A stretch of DNA of 59,999 bases. Source: a bacterium (GTDB taxonomy: Bacteria > JAHJDO01). The notes under the pieces were generated by a model. That model was not told the DNA's origin. It saw only the letters and a program-made list of their open reading frames with translations, and did not search any database. Made by a program: the position numbers and the translations under genes. Below are positions 38,850 through 47,948 of this stretch, in pieces; position 1 is the stretch's first letter, and each line of letters begins with the position of its first letter. The stretch spans positions 1 through 59,999 of the forward strand of contig JBDRTG010000011.1 of assembly GCA_043824255.1 (NCBI GenBank). Direction: 5' to 3'.

Positions 38850-40127
38850 TCACAATTTGTTAATTATAAGTCCCGTAAGCAACTTAGGATAGAAATATGT
38901 AGATTTTTGAGGCATAACTTCACCTTTAAGAGATATTTCCTTGATCTGTCTGAGTTTTGTCGGATTTAAGAACAATAGAAGCTCATAGGAACCATTATCT
39001 ATCTGTCCGATGCCTTCTTCACTATCTGCTGTATATTTTATATTCTTCTGGTGTTTCACACTCTCATCTGTAATTCCAAGTATGGTTTCAATAATTATTT
39101 TATGCAGGATTGCAACATCGAGTTCTTTCCATGCGTCAGGTATATTTTCTTGAACAAGGGGTTTCAACCCCTTGTTCAAACTTAATGCGTAAAATTCTCC
39201 TTTTCCCATGTATAGGCCAAATACGTGTTTATCTATGTTTTTATCCATATATTCAAATAGATTCTTTTTGTTGGTCTGGATTACATCAAAATAGGCAGAT
39301 AGATTCTGCTTGAATGTGAACTTGTTAAATTCAGGTAGATCTTTTATAAGCCTGTGTGTCGGGAGAACAACAAGACCTGAGTCATTCATTTCACATAGGT
39401 ACGTCATGATAAAGTTATAAGGTTCGTTACCAGTATGACTGCTATTGGTTTCAGTCAGTTTCTTTTTATAATTAAGCGCTGTTTCATACCTATGATGCCC
39501 ATCAGCAATAAAAACCTTTTTATTTTTTAGGACGCTGGTAATTGCAGCAATATCATTTTTGTCTGCAATTGCCCATAGTTTATGTTTCTCTCCTTTTATA
39601 TCTGTAATATCTATAATAGGTGAGTCAGAAGTGTGTTTTTTGAATATTTGAGATATAGTATGATTTGTATCTTGATACAGTCCAAATATTTGAGAGAGGT
39701 TTGCTTTACATGCGTTCATTAAGCGCAGCCTGTCTTCTTTAGGCGCGCTCAGTGTTTTCTCATGCGGCAGAACAGTTCCAGTTTTAAAATCTTCCAATTT
39801 CAGCAAGCATATAAAACCTGTTCTTGTTATATCGACTCCATCAATATTGAAAATCTGCTGATATATGTATATTGAGAGACTTTCGTCTCTTTTTACAATA
39901 TCAGAGTCCAACCACTGATTGAGCAGATTACACGCAGAGTTGTATTTGTCATTTCCTCCATCAGGATCAGGCAATATAAGTCTTATAATATTGTAGGGGC
40001 TGGAATTAAGATAGTCTCTTTTTTCCTGCTCGGAGATCACATCATATGGCGGCGAGACAACCTTTTCTAGGTTCTGTATTTTTTCTTTATTGTATCTGAT
40101 GCCTCTAAAAGGTTTAATAATAGCCAT
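38850..40127 (-). CDS. DUF1015 family protein
   Basis: PPYDVI, PHEKT, IADGHHRYETA, MPQKSTYFYPK. Confidence 0.9.
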   Translation of the reverse strand: MAIIKPFRGIRYNKEKIQNLEKVVSPPYDVISEQEKRDYLNSSPYNIIRLILPDPDGGNDKYNSACNLLNQWLDSDIVKRDESLSIYIYQQIFNIDGVDITRTGFICLLKLEDFKTGTVLPHEKTLSAPKEDRLRLMNACKANLSQIFGLYQDTNHTISQIFKKHTSDSPIIDITDIKGEKHKLWAIADKNDIAAITSVLKNKKVFIADGHHRYETALNYKKKLTETNSSHTGNEPYNFIMTYLCEMNDSGLVVLPTHRLIKDLPEFNKFTFKQNLSAYFDVIQTNKKNLFEYMDKNIDKHVFGLYMGKGEFYALSLNKGLKPLVQENIPDAWKELDVAILHKIIIETILGITDESVKHQKNIKYTADSEEGIGQIDNGSYELLLFLNPTKLRQIKEISLKGEVMPQKSTYFYPKLLTGLIINKL

Positions 40128-40139
40128 ATTTATCTCCCA

Positions 40140-41420
40140 TCAACGCATATATACTTCTGCAACTTTACAGAATGCATCTATCATGTATTGAATGTGTTTT
40201 TCTTCATACACCGGATGAACAGGAAAGGTACAGGTTCTCTGCTCAAGCCATGAAGCATTTTTACATATAAAGCCTGAATAGTCTACTGCTTCAGCTCGTG
40301 TATACTCTTTTGACTCAAATGGGAATTTAGCTGTGCCAAAGCCCCTATGCTCAGTAAATGCTTTTTCCCTGTAGGATTGCCACCACTGAACAGGCATAAC
40401 AGGAACGCCTTCTTTCGCTATAGAACTTACAAAGGTCTGAATATCGCATGTCAAATTATCCATATTCAGTGTAATTGGAAAGAGCCAGAATGCGTTTAAC
40501 CTGTCAGATTTATGAGGAGGTAAATACTTAACCGCATTATGACTGGATAATGCTTTTATTATCATCTCTCCGTTTCGTCTTCTATTCTTTAAATGATAGC
40601 TGTCAAGCTTTGCCAGTTCTTTTAGTCCTATAGCTGACTGCATTTCTGTCATTCTATAATTAAAGCCGACTATCTCGTGAATATATGGGAGCCTCCTGCC
40701 CTCTGCCTGAGCTTTGAGTCTGGCTGGGATGTTATATCCATGGTCTCTGAATGACTTGCATTTCCATGACAGGTCTTCATCATTTGTAATTGTGCATCCA
40801 CCTTCACCACCAGTAGTAAAGTGTTTAGTCTGGCAGAAACTAAACGCTCCGGCATTACCTATAGTGCCAACCTTTCTACCTTTATAAATTCCTCCAAAGC
40901 ATTGTGCACAGTCTTCGATTACAAACAGGTTATGCTTTTTTGCAATTTCCATAATTGGATCCATATCGCAGACAATACCGTAGAGATGCACAACAAGAAT
41001 GGCTTTGGTTTTTTTGTTTATTTTTTTTTCAATGCTCGCAGGGTCAATTGTATGATCTTCCTTTTTAACATCAGCAAAGATTGGTATAGCTCCTGCCTGC
41101 AGAATGCAAAAGGAAGATGCTATAAAGGAATAAGAGGGGCAGATTACCTCGTCGCCAGGTCCTATTCCCATGCATGCAACTGCTGTATGCAGCGCAGCAG
41201 TTCCGTTTGTTACAGATATACCGAATCTTGCTCCGTTCCACTGTGCAAACTTGTTTTCAAATTCCATTCCCAGAGGACCTGTCCAGTAATTAGTTTTTCC
41301 ATTTTTTAAAGGTCCCATTGCGGCCTGAATTATTTCCTCTTCAAAATGTGGCCATTTTGGAAATGGCTCTTTGCAAACTGGTTCTCCTCCGTTTATTGCC
41401 AAATTTTTCTTGTTTAACAT
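40140..41420 (-). CDS. DegT/DnrJ/EryC1/StrS sugar aminotransferase
   Basis: NGTAALH, EDCAQ, FSFCQTKHFTTGGEGG, GFNYRM. Confidence 0.9.
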   Translation of the reverse strand: MLNKKNLAINGGEPVCKEPFPKWPHFEEEIIQAAMGPLKNGKTNYWTGPLGMEFENKFAQWNGARFGISVTNGTAALHTAVACMGIGPGDEVICPSYSFIASSFCILQAGAIPIFADVKKEDHTIDPASIEKKINKKTKAILVVHLYGIVCDMDPIMEIAKKHNLFVIEDCAQCFGGIYKGRKVGTIGNAGAFSFCQTKHFTTGGEGGCTITNDEDLSWKCKSFRDHGYNIPARLKAQAEGRRLPYIHEIVGFNYRMTEMQSAIGLKELAKLDSYHLKNRRRNGEMIIKALSSHNAVKYLPPHKSDRLNAFWLFPITLNMDNLTCDIQTFVSSIAKEGVPVMPVQWWQSYREKAFTEHRGFGTAKFPFESKEYTRAEAVDYSGFICKNASWLEQRTCTFPVHPVYEEKHIQYMIDAFCKVAEVYMR

Positions 41421-41426
41421 AACATA

Positions 41427-44204
41427 TTATCTCCTTGTTTTTTGCCTATATTTACTACAGAACAGACACTCCTTACTATCACAAAGGAGTATATCAGGAT
41501 TGTTCTTCAGAGCTTTTATCCCAAGACTATACATTTGTTTTGCATCAATAACCTTGATTGTGCCAAGTCCCAATACGGATTTTTTTATCTTGAGACCATC
41601 AGAAAGAAGTCGTTTATAAAGCTTTGTTTCTTCTGCAGGCGTATTGTAAAAGTCTCTGTGTCCAGGAAGATGTTTAGGAATAAATACGGTCTTTAGTGTC
41701 CCATCTGGATCTTCTATCCGACAGACTGCATTCCCCAGATAGGGCATATTCGTTTCATCTTCAAGAAAATGAAAGAATGTAGTTGAGGCAAGATCTGCGC
41801 CAAACCAGACCATTTTTCCGTTATAATCAAGAAGTTTTCCAAATGGGCTGCATCTGCATACAGGAGGGTCTGTCTCCTTATGCTCTGATAGGCACTTGCT
41901 GGCTAGAGGGCCTATACCTGCGACAGAATGTGTAGCATTCTCACTTCTAATAACACCATGTCTTTTAAGAAAGGTCTGAGGTATTTTGCCGACACAAACC
42001 AGAGACTCGTTGTCTTTGTTATAAGGGCGATATAGTTTGTTCTTAATGAGACAACCGTCAAAATAGATAAATGGCCTGGTGAATGTTGGAAGAAGTAGTG
42101 TGCCGTTCTCACCTATAACCTCCAGAAAGGCATCTATAATAGTATCAGCTCCGCCTTCAATATGGCCGAAATGGGAAAGGCCGCTGTGTACCAGTAAAAG
42201 CTCTCCTTTTGATATACCTACCTGCTTTAGTGCCGAGATAATATCATTCTTTCCAATACTCCCCTTAAACGTGGTCTTAAGATAACCAAACTCAGTCAGG
42301 TATTCTATTGAGTGTATGTACTTCTTTATCTCTTTGGAATTGAACCATGTTTTTGATTCCCATTCAGCTTGCTTAAGCAGGTATTTCAATGTCTTTTTCC
42401 CGTCCATATTGGCAAGAATTCTCGCAAGCGGTCCATATATTACGTCGCCAGGTATGGGTCTACGTTGTTCTTTTGGGATGAGGCTTAAATCGTATGGAAG
42501 GCCTCTGGTAATCCGTTTGGATATTATCGTATCTGCATACTCAAGCCATTTATCTGTGCTGCAGGGAACCTTACTATGTGAATGTATATCTGTAATGCGC
42601 TCTTTTAGCCCCTTTAGGACTCTTTGCTTTTCCTGACGTAATATATCCAGTTCTTTATCAATTTGCTCTGCCGGGAATATTTGCTTGAAATTCAGAAGTC
42701 GTCCTTCCTCTCTTTTTAAACGCCAGTTCATCCAATCATCAATGTCTTGTGTTCCAATAGTTCTTTCTATCTTAGCTTCATTAGGTTTGGTTAATGTATC
42801 AAAAATGCGACTGGCTTCTGTATGTAAATGCGTTTTGGCATACAGAGCTGCACGAGAGATAATGCTGTTGGATTTATCCTTACCTGCTGTTAAGAGCGTA
42901 CTGACCCATGTAGCGATAAACGTTGTTGCTCTGGCAAAATAGTCAGGGTCTATAATACTCATTGTCTGTTCTGAGTTATGCCACAAGTTCTTACCTGCCC
43001 CAAGCACCCAAAGAGTAGGAATCCCTGTAGTAGAATCACTAAGAAACATATCATCAAAATACGCTCCTTCATCTTTAAGCTCGCATATTTTGGGGTTTGA
43101 CATTCCTTTATAATTCTCAAAGAGTTCTTCCATTAAATAATCCCCAAAAAAACCTGTTCCTGGAGGTGATAACCATACAGTTGGAGAAACCCCTTTTACA
43201 ACCGCCATCCCATCTGTATTAATTCCACCGAGTACCTTGTTGTGCAAATATCCTCCCATTCTATCAGCAAAGGCAGCAAAACCGTACATCTCCATTGCAA
43301 AAACAAGCCGCAGGGTAAAGCGAAGGGGAGGAAGTTCTCCTGCTGAAACAAGTTTCTTTATGGTTCGCGCTATTTCAATAGAAGCAATTACTCCAGAGGA
43401 ATTATCGTCTGCTAAAGGCTCATAGAGATGAGACAATATCCAGAGTTCTTTATCTTCCTTACCGGGTAATGTAGCTGTTACTGCAGGTAGCTTTCCTTTA
43501 TACCTCTTTCCGTCACAGACTACATGAGCAATTACCTCTCCAGAGGAAACAGCTGTTCTTAACTGATCTCCTACTCGCGGACTTACACAAAAACCTATAA
43601 AGGGTCTATCATCCTGGTGAATATGCCAATGAGGGCCTTCAGTACATGCATTTACCCATTGCATTGCATCAGGGGTATCATATCTACCTGTAATCCCATC
43701 ACTAACCAGTCCTATAGCTCCTAGATCAAGCACTGCTTTAAGTATCTCTGATCGAGGTATAACAGTTAATGGATTTGTAACAATCAAACACCCTGTTCCA
43801 TCTTCCCCACTAAAAAGTTGATTTTCACTAATAATCCTTACGTTTATTCCTCCTGCTTTGGTGCTGGTTGAACCCTTGATAAGATGAAAAGGATGCTTTT
43901 TAAAATCTGCAATAACAGGATTTGTAAATGGAATTGGGGATTTTTTAATAGTTAACCTGGCGCATGTAGCATCCCATGCCATTGGCATAATTTTGTCCTG
44001 ATATGCTGTCTTGCCATCTGCTGGAAAGTTTATTATTTCTATATTATTAAGACCAGACTCTTTTAGAAGAGATTCTGTAAATTGACAAGCTGCATGATAA
44101 TCCTTAAAGCACTGACCTAGCTCCTTTTTCCATAGTTTTTCTGTATTATCCATCATCCATTTTACATCAATTTCCTTAAGTATTTTTCTAAATAACGTCT
44201 TCAT
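41427..44204 (-). CDS. Fusion of M28/DUF4910-like peptidase and AAC(3)-family N-acetyltransferase
   Basis: SHLYEP.ADDNSSG, EMYG, WHNSE; then LLVHSGLS..G..EGG, GTLLLPTFT, THSVAGIG, TFFHFLE. Confidence 0.8.
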   Translation of the reverse strand: MKTLFRKILKEIDVKWMMDNTEKLWKKELGQCFKDYHAACQFTESLLKESGLNNIEIINFPADGKTAYQDKIMPMAWDATCARLTIKKSPIPFTNPVIADFKKHPFHLIKGSTSTKAGGINVRIISENQLFSGEDGTGCLIVTNPLTVIPRSEILKAVLDLGAIGLVSDGITGRYDTPDAMQWVNACTEGPHWHIHQDDRPFIGFCVSPRVGDQLRTAVSSGEVIAHVVCDGKRYKGKLPAVTATLPGKEDKELWILSHLYEPLADDNSSGVIASIEIARTIKKLVSAGELPPLRFTLRLVFAMEMYGFAAFADRMGGYLHNKVLGGINTDGMAVVKGVSPTVWLSPPGTGFFGDYLMEELFENYKGMSNPKICELKDEGAYFDDMFLSDSTTGIPTLWVLGAGKNLWHNSEQTMSIIDPDYFARATTFIATWVSTLLTAGKDKSNSIISRAALYAKTHLHTEASRIFDTLTKPNEAKIERTIGTQDIDDWMNWRLKREEGRLLNFKQIFPAEQIDKELDILRQEKQRVLKGLKERITDIHSHSKVPCSTDKWLEYADTIISKRITRGLPYDLSLIPKEQRRPIPGDVIYGPLARILANMDGKKTLKYLLKQAEWESKTWFNSKEIKKYIHSIEYLTEFGYLKTTFKGSIGKNDIISALKQVGISKGELLLVHSGLSHFGHIEGGADTIIDAFLEVIGENGTLLLPTFTRPFIYFDGCLIKNKLYRPYNKDNESLVCVGKIPQTFLKRHGVIRSENATHSVAGIGPLASKCLSEHKETDPPVCRCSPFGKLLDYNGKMVWFGADLASTTFFHFLEDETNMPYLGNAVCRIEDPDGTLKTVFIPKHLPGHRDFYNTPAEETKLYKRLLSDGLKIKKSVLGLGTIKVIDAKQMYSLGIKALKNNPDILLCDSKECLFCSKYRQKTRR

Positions 44205-45530
44205 TTAACATATCCTATGTAGCGTATTCAGCAGTTCTACTGCTTTATCTCTCAATATATAGCCAGCTTCCGGTTTAAAAGCTGCGCCACTTGATTCATA
44301 ACCTCCCTGTTCAAAAGATTCCTTTCTGGCGATATATCCCAGATGATCTCCGCCTAGTTCTATAATGAAAGTTTTTGAGAAAGGAGATTTTTCCTTTATT
44401 TCAAGTCCGAACTCCACAAAATATTCACACGGTACAGCTACAAACGCTATATCTCCTATTCTGATAGCAGTGATTTCTGTGGTGTATTCACCCTTGCCCA
44501 GCTCTTGAGCTCTGAGCAACCCTCGACTTGCAAGAAATTCCTCCATATGCCCTGGCCAATCTGTACCTGCGTAATTTTTTTTACTTAATACTATTTCTTT
44601 TGCCTTCCTGATAGAATTCTCGTCATAATCCTTTAAAGGCATTTTTACCTGGATTCTTCCTCCTGAAACGGTAGCGTCATCTCTGAATTTCTCCATTCTT
44701 GCAACAGTTTTAATTATCTCAGAGCCCAGAACTCTTCCTGTTCGTGACGCGTGTTCAAAATATTCGTATTTTTTATTTGGATCCCCTTTTACATTATGAT
44801 GATTGATATTGCCCATAGCTCCTGAAGTATAAACAAATCCTATATCTCCCATTTGTCTCGCAATAACATTGTTTATGACTCCCGGGAAATCTGCTGAGAC
44901 CTGATATCCATCAACAGTATCTGTGTGCAGAGCAAAATTAACTATAAGTCCATTAATGTCATTATAATCCTTACCAAAAGCTATAACTCCCACTTCAGGG
45001 TCAATTGGTCCGGCAGGCTTAACAATATCAGGATTTCCTATGCCTGGATTTGTTATGACTTTTCCATTTTTCATTATAAATCTGCGGTTAAAGGAAACAC
45101 TATGCTCTTCTCCGCTCAAGCATGCTACTTTTGTTTCTTTGGTTGAATTAAAAGCGTCAACTGCAGCAGACGCTATTCTGGAAGGTAACGCTGTAAGCCA
45201 TTTTTCATCCAGTCCGTGTGTGAGCCCAGAGTCGTTTTTGTGTATTAGTGAAGGACCCGTATGAGTGTGAGTTGCGCAGATAATGATGTTTTCATCAGGG
45301 ATTCCAGTTTCTTTTTCTATGAGCTCTCTGGCAAGTTCAACTTCCAGCTTTTCCATTCCAACTAAATCACATGAAACTATACAAATTTTATTTTTGCCGT
45401 CATCAAACACTGCAGCTTTAGCAAATAATGGATCATGGATTTTTTTAGCTATTCTTACATCAAAGTGTCCCTGAAGATAACATTCAACAGGTGGAGTAAT
45501 GTCTATCTTTGAAAATCCTGCTTTTAACAT
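44205..45530 (-). CDS. Neutral/alkaline ceramidase-like amidohydrolase
   Basis: DITPP, HDPLFAKA, ATHTHTGP, NFALH, SADFPG, PCEYF. Confidence 0.8.
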   Translation of the reverse strand: MLKAGFSKIDITPPVECYLQGHFDVRIAKKIHDPLFAKAAVFDDGKNKICIVSCDLVGMEKLEVELARELIEKETGIPDENIIICATHTHTGPSLIHKNDSGLTHGLDEKWLTALPSRIASAAVDAFNSTKETKVACLSGEEHSVSFNRRFIMKNGKVITNPGIGNPDIVKPAGPIDPEVGVIAFGKDYNDINGLIVNFALHTDTVDGYQVSADFPGVINNVIARQMGDIGFVYTSGAMGNINHHNVKGDPNKKYEYFEHASRTGRVLGSEIIKTVARMEKFRDDATVSGGRIQVKMPLKDYDENSIRKAKEIVLSKKNYAGTDWPGHMEEFLASRGLLRAQELGKGEYTTEITAIRIGDIAFVAVPCEYFVEFGLEIKEKSPFSKTFIIELGGDHLGYIARKESFEQGGYESSGAAFKPEAGYILRDKAVELLNTLHRIC

Positions 45531-45634
45531 TTTTACTTTTTCTCCTTTCTTTTTGGGAAAATCTAATAAGTATTATATCTGATATTTTATTTGTAGCATA
45601 GAATTTTTTTTTGGGAAACTCCAGAAATTTTTAC

Positions 45635-45667
45635 GCTTGTAATTTGATAAATGCTAAAGTATATTAA
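45635..45667 (+). promoter_or_regulatory. Promoter-containing 33-bp direct repeat, copy 1
   Basis: GCTTGTAATTTGATAAATGCTAAAGTATATTAA (TTGTAA-N17-TATATT); 32/33 identical to 46929-46961. Confidence 0.8.
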
Positions 45668-45973
45668 TTTTCCACTACATATGTAAAACCATAGGCAATT
45701 CGTAACAGTTTAGCTACAAGAAGTAATGGGGAAAATTTAGATGAGAAAATCAGAAGATAAATTTGAACGAAATAAAAATAGTAATCAAGGCGATCTTGTT
45801 TGTGGCAGATTAAATTGTTTAGAGAGGTCAGGAGTTAATCCTTTGGTTAGAAGAGTTATGAATACTTGTTTTGGATCGAACTTTCCGGGTTTTATTTTTG
45901 CGACAGGACTGTTTAGTCAGTTCTGGTTTTATAGGCACAAAAGGATTTTTACAGATAATAAGGATTAGAAGAG

Positions 45974-46867
45974 ATGGTTGAATCATATATTTTTTTTGCT
46001 TTAGGCTCAGCATTTTTTTCTGCAAGTCGTTTTTTATTAACCAAGCATATACTGAAAAATATATTAAGAAATGTCTTTATTTTTCTTGTATATTCTTCTG
46101 TAATCACAGCTTTGTTATTTTTAACAAGTTGGATTTTTGTCCCTTTGGCAGTTCCTTCGGAGACAGGCTTCATATATTTGATAGCTGCAAGCCTCCTCGC
46201 CTTTATAGGTCTTATTTTAATGAACTTTGCTTTCTTAAAGGGAGATGTTTCTACAATAGCACCTTTAATGGGATTAAAAATCTTATTTGTAGCTTTATTT
46301 TCTTCTTTATTTTTACAAGAATATCACCATTTTCTTGTTTATGTGGGGATACTTTTATCAGTGCTTGGTATTGCTCTTCTCTATAGGAATGATTCAGGTT
46401 CAAGCAGGAAACAAGGTATTCCAGTAATTCTAATGATTGGAGCTGCTATGTTATTTGGTTTGTCGGATATATTTACAAAAAAGGGTTTAGATGGTCTTGA
46501 CAGTTGGAATTTTTCAGTATGGTTTTGTCTTTTCCTTGGTTTTTATTCATTATGTATTTTGTGCTTCATTAAAGATAGAGAAAAATTAAAATTGAACAGA
46601 GGAGCAATATATAGTCTTCTTTTGCTTGGCATTTTCCAATTGGGAGTAATCTCTCTTATCTTTTACTCAATTCAATTAGGAGGCAATGTTACTATTCCCA
46701 ATATTATGTTTTCAACTGGAGGGATATTTGTGGTTATTTTTACCTTTATCCTTTCGCATCTTGGTTATAAAATATTAGAATCGCATAGCAGAGGGATTTA
46801 TCTTTATAGACTTATAGGAGCATTATTAATAACTGGAGCAGTAGCTTTAGTTATTCTGAGACCATAG
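45974..46867 (+). CDS. EamA/DMT-family transporter
   Basis: ~10 TM in two repeats; GDVSTIAPL. Confidence 0.85.
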   Translation: MVESYIFFALGSAFFSASRFLLTKHILKNILRNVFIFLVYSSVITALLFLTSWIFVPLAVPSETGFIYLIAASLLAFIGLILMNFAFLKGDVSTIAPLMGLKILFVALFSSLFLQEYHHFLVYVGILLSVLGIALLYRNDSGSSRKQGIPVILMIGAAMLFGLSDIFTKKGLDGLDSWNFSVWFCLFLGFYSLCILCFIKDREKLKLNRGAIYSLLLLGIFQLGVISLIFYSIQLGGNVTIPNIMFSTGGIFVVIFTFILSHLGYKILESHSRGIYLYRLIGALLITGAVALVILRP

Positions 46868-46928
46868 TTGGGTAAAATTAAAAGAATTGTTTAAAAATTT
46901 CTATTTAGGCTGTCAAGGGAAATGTTGG

Positions 46929-46961
46929 GCTTGTAATTTAATAAATGCTAAAGTATATTAA
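46929..46961 (+). promoter_or_regulatory. Promoter-containing 33-bp direct repeat, copy 2 (nfnAB operon)
   Basis: GCTTGTAATTTAATAAATGCTAAAGTATATTAA. Confidence 0.8.
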
Positions 46962-46966
46962 ATTCA

Positions 46967-47080
46967 AAGCACGAAGCACGAAGCACGAAACAAATATAAA
47001 TGACTAAAATGCAAATGTTCAAAACAATGTTTAGGATTTTGAGAATTAGAGTTTCGAATTTGTTTCGGATTTCGGATTTT
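46967..47080. repeat. Heptamer-armed inverted-repeat element
   Basis: (AAGCACG)3-AAACAAAT ... ATTTGTTT-(CGGATTT)2. Confidence 0.75.
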
Positions 47081-47102
47081 TTAAGCAAGAGGGCGGTTCA
47101 GT

Positions 47103-47948
47103 ATGTTCAGAATATTAGAAAAAAAACGGTTATCTAAAGAAATAAAGAGCATGGTGGTCTCAGCGCCAGAAATAGCCAAAAAAGCGAAGCCAGGACAATT
47201 TATAGTGCTTAGAATAGACGAAACAGGCGAGAGAATACCTCTTACAATAAATGATTTTGATTCAAAAACAGGCAGTATTACCATAATATTTCAGGAGGTT
47301 GGGAAAACAACAAAAAAATTGGGAATGTTAGAAAAAGGGGATTCCTTAATTGATGTTGCAGGACCTCTTGGGCATCCAGGAAGAGTAGAGAAGATTGGAA
47401 CAGTTGTATGCATTGGAGGAGGAGTTGGCGTAGCGGTTATATATCCTGAAGCCAGGGCATTAAAAAAAGCAGGGAACGAAGTTCTCTCAATAATTGGAGC
47501 AAGAACTAGAGACATGGTTGTTCTTGAAAATCAAATGCGGAAAATCAGTGACGAATTGTTTATTACAACAGATGACGGCTCATATGGAAGAAAAGGAGTT
47601 GTTACAGATCCGTTAAAAGAGATATTGACAGAAAGGAAGATAGCTTTAGTCATAGCTATTGGTCCTATAATTATGATGAAGTTTGTATGTCTTATGACAA
47701 AGCAGTTTAACATTCCGACAATTGTTAATCTTAATCCTATAATGGTGGATGCAACGGGTATGTGTGGTTCATGCAGGGTAACTGTAGGGAGTGAGGTAAA
47801 GTTTGCGTGTGTTGATGGGCCTGAATTTGATGGGCATCTTGTTGATTTTGATGAGCTGACAAACAGAAATGCCAGATTTCTAGAGGAAGAGAAGGCGTCC
47901 TTATGTGCTTCTGGAAAGGGGGTATGCAGATGCAAAAAAGACTCTTAA
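47103..47948 (+). CDS. nfnA: NfnA / SudB-type FAD, [2Fe-2S] subunit
   Basis: GERIPLT, GPLG, GGGVG, MVDATGMCGSCRV, CVDGPEF. Confidence 0.9.
   Translation: MFRILEKKRLSKEIKSMVVSAPEIAKKAKPGQFIVLRIDETGERIPLTINDFDSKTGSITIIFQEVGKTTKKLGMLEKGDSLIDVAGPLGHPGRVEKIGTVVCIGGGVGVAVIYPEARALKKAGNEVLSIIGARTRDMVVLENQMRKISDELFITTDDGSYGRKGVVTDPLKEILTERKIALVIAIGPIIMMKFVCLMTKQFNIPTIVNLNPIMVDATGMCGSCRVTVGSEVKFACVDGPEFDGHLVDFDELTNRNARFLEEEKASLCASGKGVCRCKKDS

Noticed and set aside
41427..42250. AAC(3) domain as an acquired aminoglycoside resistance gene
   Set aside because: Fused to a peptidase-like domain in a metabolic operon with no mobile context
45698..45968. 75-aa ORF and a possible attC (TCGTAAC...GTTAGAA)
   Set aside because: No recognisable protein features, poor L-box pairing, core is not GTTRRRY, no integrase
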